A DNA stretch of 44,624 nucleotides, counting the filler, from an uncultured virus (IMG/VR IMGVR_UViG_2061766007_003022) (taxonomy: Duplodnaviria; Heunggongvirae; Uroviricota; Caudoviricetes). It is 5 parts of one record of this genome, joined end to end, with 100 filler letters (N's around TTAATTAATTAA, not from the genome) between each part and the next. Parts side by side here need not be neighbours in the genome. Positions count along the whole stretch, not along the records: positions 31,753 to 44,624 come from IMGVR_UViG_2061766007_003022; 4 more parts are not named here. One strand, given 5' to 3'. Positions 42,432 to 44,624 of this stretch are shown here, piece by piece (position 1 is the stretch's first letter; the number at the start of each line of letters is the position of its first letter). The notes beneath the pieces were generated by a model. The model was not told where the DNA came from, ran no database searches, and saw only the letters and a program-made list of their open reading frames with translations. The position numbers and the translations under genes were made by a program.

Positions 42432-44071
42432 ATGGCCAAGGATAGACTTTCAGTTAACTGCCTGGTGCAGGTAAAGACAGACAACAGACTGGACTTCGAG
42501 GAATGGCTCGACTACCATGTCGCCCTCGGGTTCGACTACATCTTCGTGTGCGACAGCGGGAACCATACATGGCTCGAGGACGTGTGCAGGCGCCGCACGG
42601 AACATGTCGTGATGGCTCCGCGCGACGAGCGCTGGCAGTACAAGAGCGAGATTATCAAGGACTACGTGTCCCGCAGGGACATGGAGGAATGGTGTATCTG
42701 CATGGACGACCGCGAGTTCCTGTGGCTTGCCCCGGAACGTGTCAGGAGTGTAGTTGAGTATGCATCCATGATTCCTCCCAGTGTCGCCGCGGTGACGTTC
42801 TTCGTGAAGCACATGTCGTCCAAGGAGCCGATGCGCTACCGTGTCGGTACCCAGCTGGACTGCTTTGTGCATACCAGGCGCGAACCGGAAGGCTTCTACC
42901 CGCCATATGAGGCGCTGCCGAACGGCGGCATCACGATGNNNNNNNNNNCACTTCCCGGAATATGCCGCTGCGTGACCCGGTCACCCCGGTATACGCCAAC
43001 GCATGGGTCGACTCGGCTTTCCGCCAGATGACTCCCCGTCGCTATGCCGAGGAGGTATCCTCCAAGCGCTTCGCCCCGACATCCTACCCCGCCCGCATCT
43101 ACCGCTATGCAATCCGGTCGGGTGACGAGATGGGGTTCGACGACAAGATGGTGCCGGTAGGCTTCGATGTCGAGGACCTTTCCATGCAGAAGGCACGTGA
43201 GAGGTACATGCACATTCCGGTCAACCCGGACACCGAGAGACTTTTTGCCAAGAAGGAGAAGCCGGAACAGGCCCCGAAGGTAGCCGTGGAGGCGACCAAC
43301 GGTAAGTCAGTCGACGTCAGCCCGGAAAGGGCGGCTGAACTGAAACTTCCTATCACGAAGGCCCGTATCGACAAGCTCATCTTCCAGGGAAAGTTCTTCG
43401 AGGACATCGCCGAGTATGTCGCGGCAAGAGACCCTGATTATGACAAGGTGACCCTGGAACGCATGTTCGAGACCGAGCGCCAGAACATCATCGCTACGTC
43501 CCCGCTGTACACCGAGATGCAGGAACTGCTCGACCAGGGCATTGACGATGCCGAAATCATGAAGCGCCTGTTCATCAAGGAGACCACCTACAAGCACATG
43601 AAGATGGCTCTCCCCGTCCTGGGCATCGAGACCGAGTACGCGGTTGCCGACGAGGCCGCCCCGGAAGCGTCCGAGGTCAAGGTCAACGTCGGAATCCAGC
43701 CGGAAAACCCAGTCGAGAACGCAGTCGCGGACTTCGAGGCACAGATTGAGGCCGCTCAGCCTACAGAGGAGGAACTGGCGACCCGTCAGGAGGCCCTCGA
43801 GATTCTCGACGCGAAGAACAAGCCGAAGAAGTCAGCATCAAAGAAGAAATCTACCGCCAAGAAGACCACGAAGAAGGCCAAGGTTGTTGTCGGCAGCGCC
43901 AAGAAGGTCGGCGCGACGGCAAAACCGGCGGCAAAGGCTGAGGAGAAGGCTCCCGAAGCCCCCGCGGAGGCACCGGTGGAAGCATCGCTCGAAGGTATTG
44001 GTGATTCCATGCTCGACGAAATCAACCTGGATGCAGTTGTCGGCTCTATGCAGGCGGCGCCCCAGGAATAA
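42432..44071 (+). CDS. GT92/Glyco_tranf_2_4-like domain fused to a helical region and a Lys/Ala-rich tail; frame split by a gap
   Basis: VKTDNRLDFEEWLDYHVALGFDYIFVCDSG and WCICMDDREFL; ORF 42962-44071 continues after the 10-N gap and ends in a KKSASKKKSTAKKTTKK tail. Confidence 0.7.
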
Positions 44072-44093
44072 AGTACCAAAACAACCATGCACA

Positions 44094-44127
44094 GGCGCGT
44101 CCCCACTTCCGGGGGCGCGTCTTTTTT
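44094..44127 (+). terminator. Rho-independent terminator
   Basis: GGCGCGTCCCC-ACTTCC-GGGGGCGCGTC-TTTTTT. Confidence 0.85.
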
Positions 44128-44137
44128 GCTATATTTG
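44124..44137 (+). promoter_or_regulatory. TTTTGCTATATTTG promoter upstream of gp46, overlapping the terminator U-tract
   Basis: Ends 5 nt before the ATG at 44143. Confidence 0.7.
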
Positions 44138-44142
44138 ATGTC

Positions 44143-44624
44143 ATGAACAGTATAACGCTCAAGAGTTGTGTCTTCAACAACTTCATGTCATATGGCAACA
44201 CTGCCAACGAGTTCACCTTTCCAAACGGCATGGTATGGATGTCTGCCGACAACGGCTCCGGGAAGTCCACCCTGGTCGAGGCAATCAATTTCGCCCTGTT
44301 CGGAACCTCCTACCGGGGAGGAAACAAGTCCGAACTGCGCAATACCCGCAACGTGGATGGAACTCTCCGCGTCATGCTCGAGTTCGATTGCGAGAAGGGA
44401 CCGGAAGATGTCTCCACGTACCGCATAACCAGGTCGATTTCCCCCAAGGGAACCTCAAAGTTCGAGGTCGAGAAGATGGAAGGGGGCAAGTGGGTCGCCC
44501 AGAGCAAGCGTGCGGGCTACTCCCAGAAGGACTTCGAGGAGTCCGTCCTCGGTTTCAACGAGGTCCTCTTCAAGAACGACATCGCATTGAACACCCAGGA
44601 GTCAATTTCCTTCATCGACATGCC
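44143..44624 (+). CDS. gp46/SbcC/Rad50-like ATPase, 3'-truncated (absent from the ORF track)
   Basis: MNSITLKSCVFNNFMSYGN…ADNGSGKSTLVEAINFALFG; open to the window end. Confidence 0.92.
   Translation, partial: MNSITLKSCVFNNFMSYGNTANEFTFPNGMVWMSADNGSGKSTLVEAINFALFGTSYRGGNKSELRNTRNVDGTLRVMLEFDCEKGPEDVSTYRITRSISPKGTSKFEVEKMEGGKWVAQSKRAGYSQKDFEESVLGFNEVLFKNDIALNTQESISFIDM

Noticed and set aside
1674..43031. Programmed frameshifts, introns or pseudogenes at frame changes
   Set aside because: Every frame change I examined coincides with an N gap of estimated length.
1..44624. Stop-codon reassignment as seen in some large gut phages
   Set aside because: TAG, TGA and TAA all end genes at sensible boundaries, and conserved genes read through in the standard code.
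1..44624. CRISPR array, tRNA, rRNA, integrase or reverse transcriptase
   Set aside because: No regular repeat-spacer pattern, RNA gene signature or relevant motif seen; intergenic spaces are very short. N gaps could hide small elements.

Overview
The window is a gappy metagenomic scaffold of a large, contractile-tailed, T4-like (myovirus) phage. Five contigs are joined by N-TTAATTAATTAA-N linkers (about 1618, 16320, 21123, 31697), and many 10-N junctions interleave sequence from at least two closely related strains, so most apparent duplications are haplotypes. Recognisable modules: tail/baseplate genes (gp3-, gp54-, gp4-, gp5-, gp27-, gp53-, gp48-, gp26/51-like, tape measure, gp19 tube, a 1273-aa gp18 sheath) and recombination/replication genes (UvsY, UvsW, gp46, gp47, T4 RNase H, HAD nucleotidase). 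A Fib_succ_major (FISUMP) domain, TAnnTTTG-type promoters and Shine-Dalgarno use suggest a Fibrobacterota or other FCB-group host. Three distinct upstream motifs sort the genes by function: TTGCTATATTTG before DNA-metabolism genes, ATAAACT before virion genes, and ACTAGTTT before three dispersed units that each encode glycan-enzyme homologues. Those homologues are a Glf-like, GT2, GT4-like and GT92-like protein plus a thioredoxin, and most appear to have lost catalytic motifs. This putative ACTAGTTT 'pseudo-glycoenzyme regulon', together with a gp5 spike carrying a dead amidase, is the best candidate for an undescribed system. All family calls were made by eye from motifs; no searches were run.
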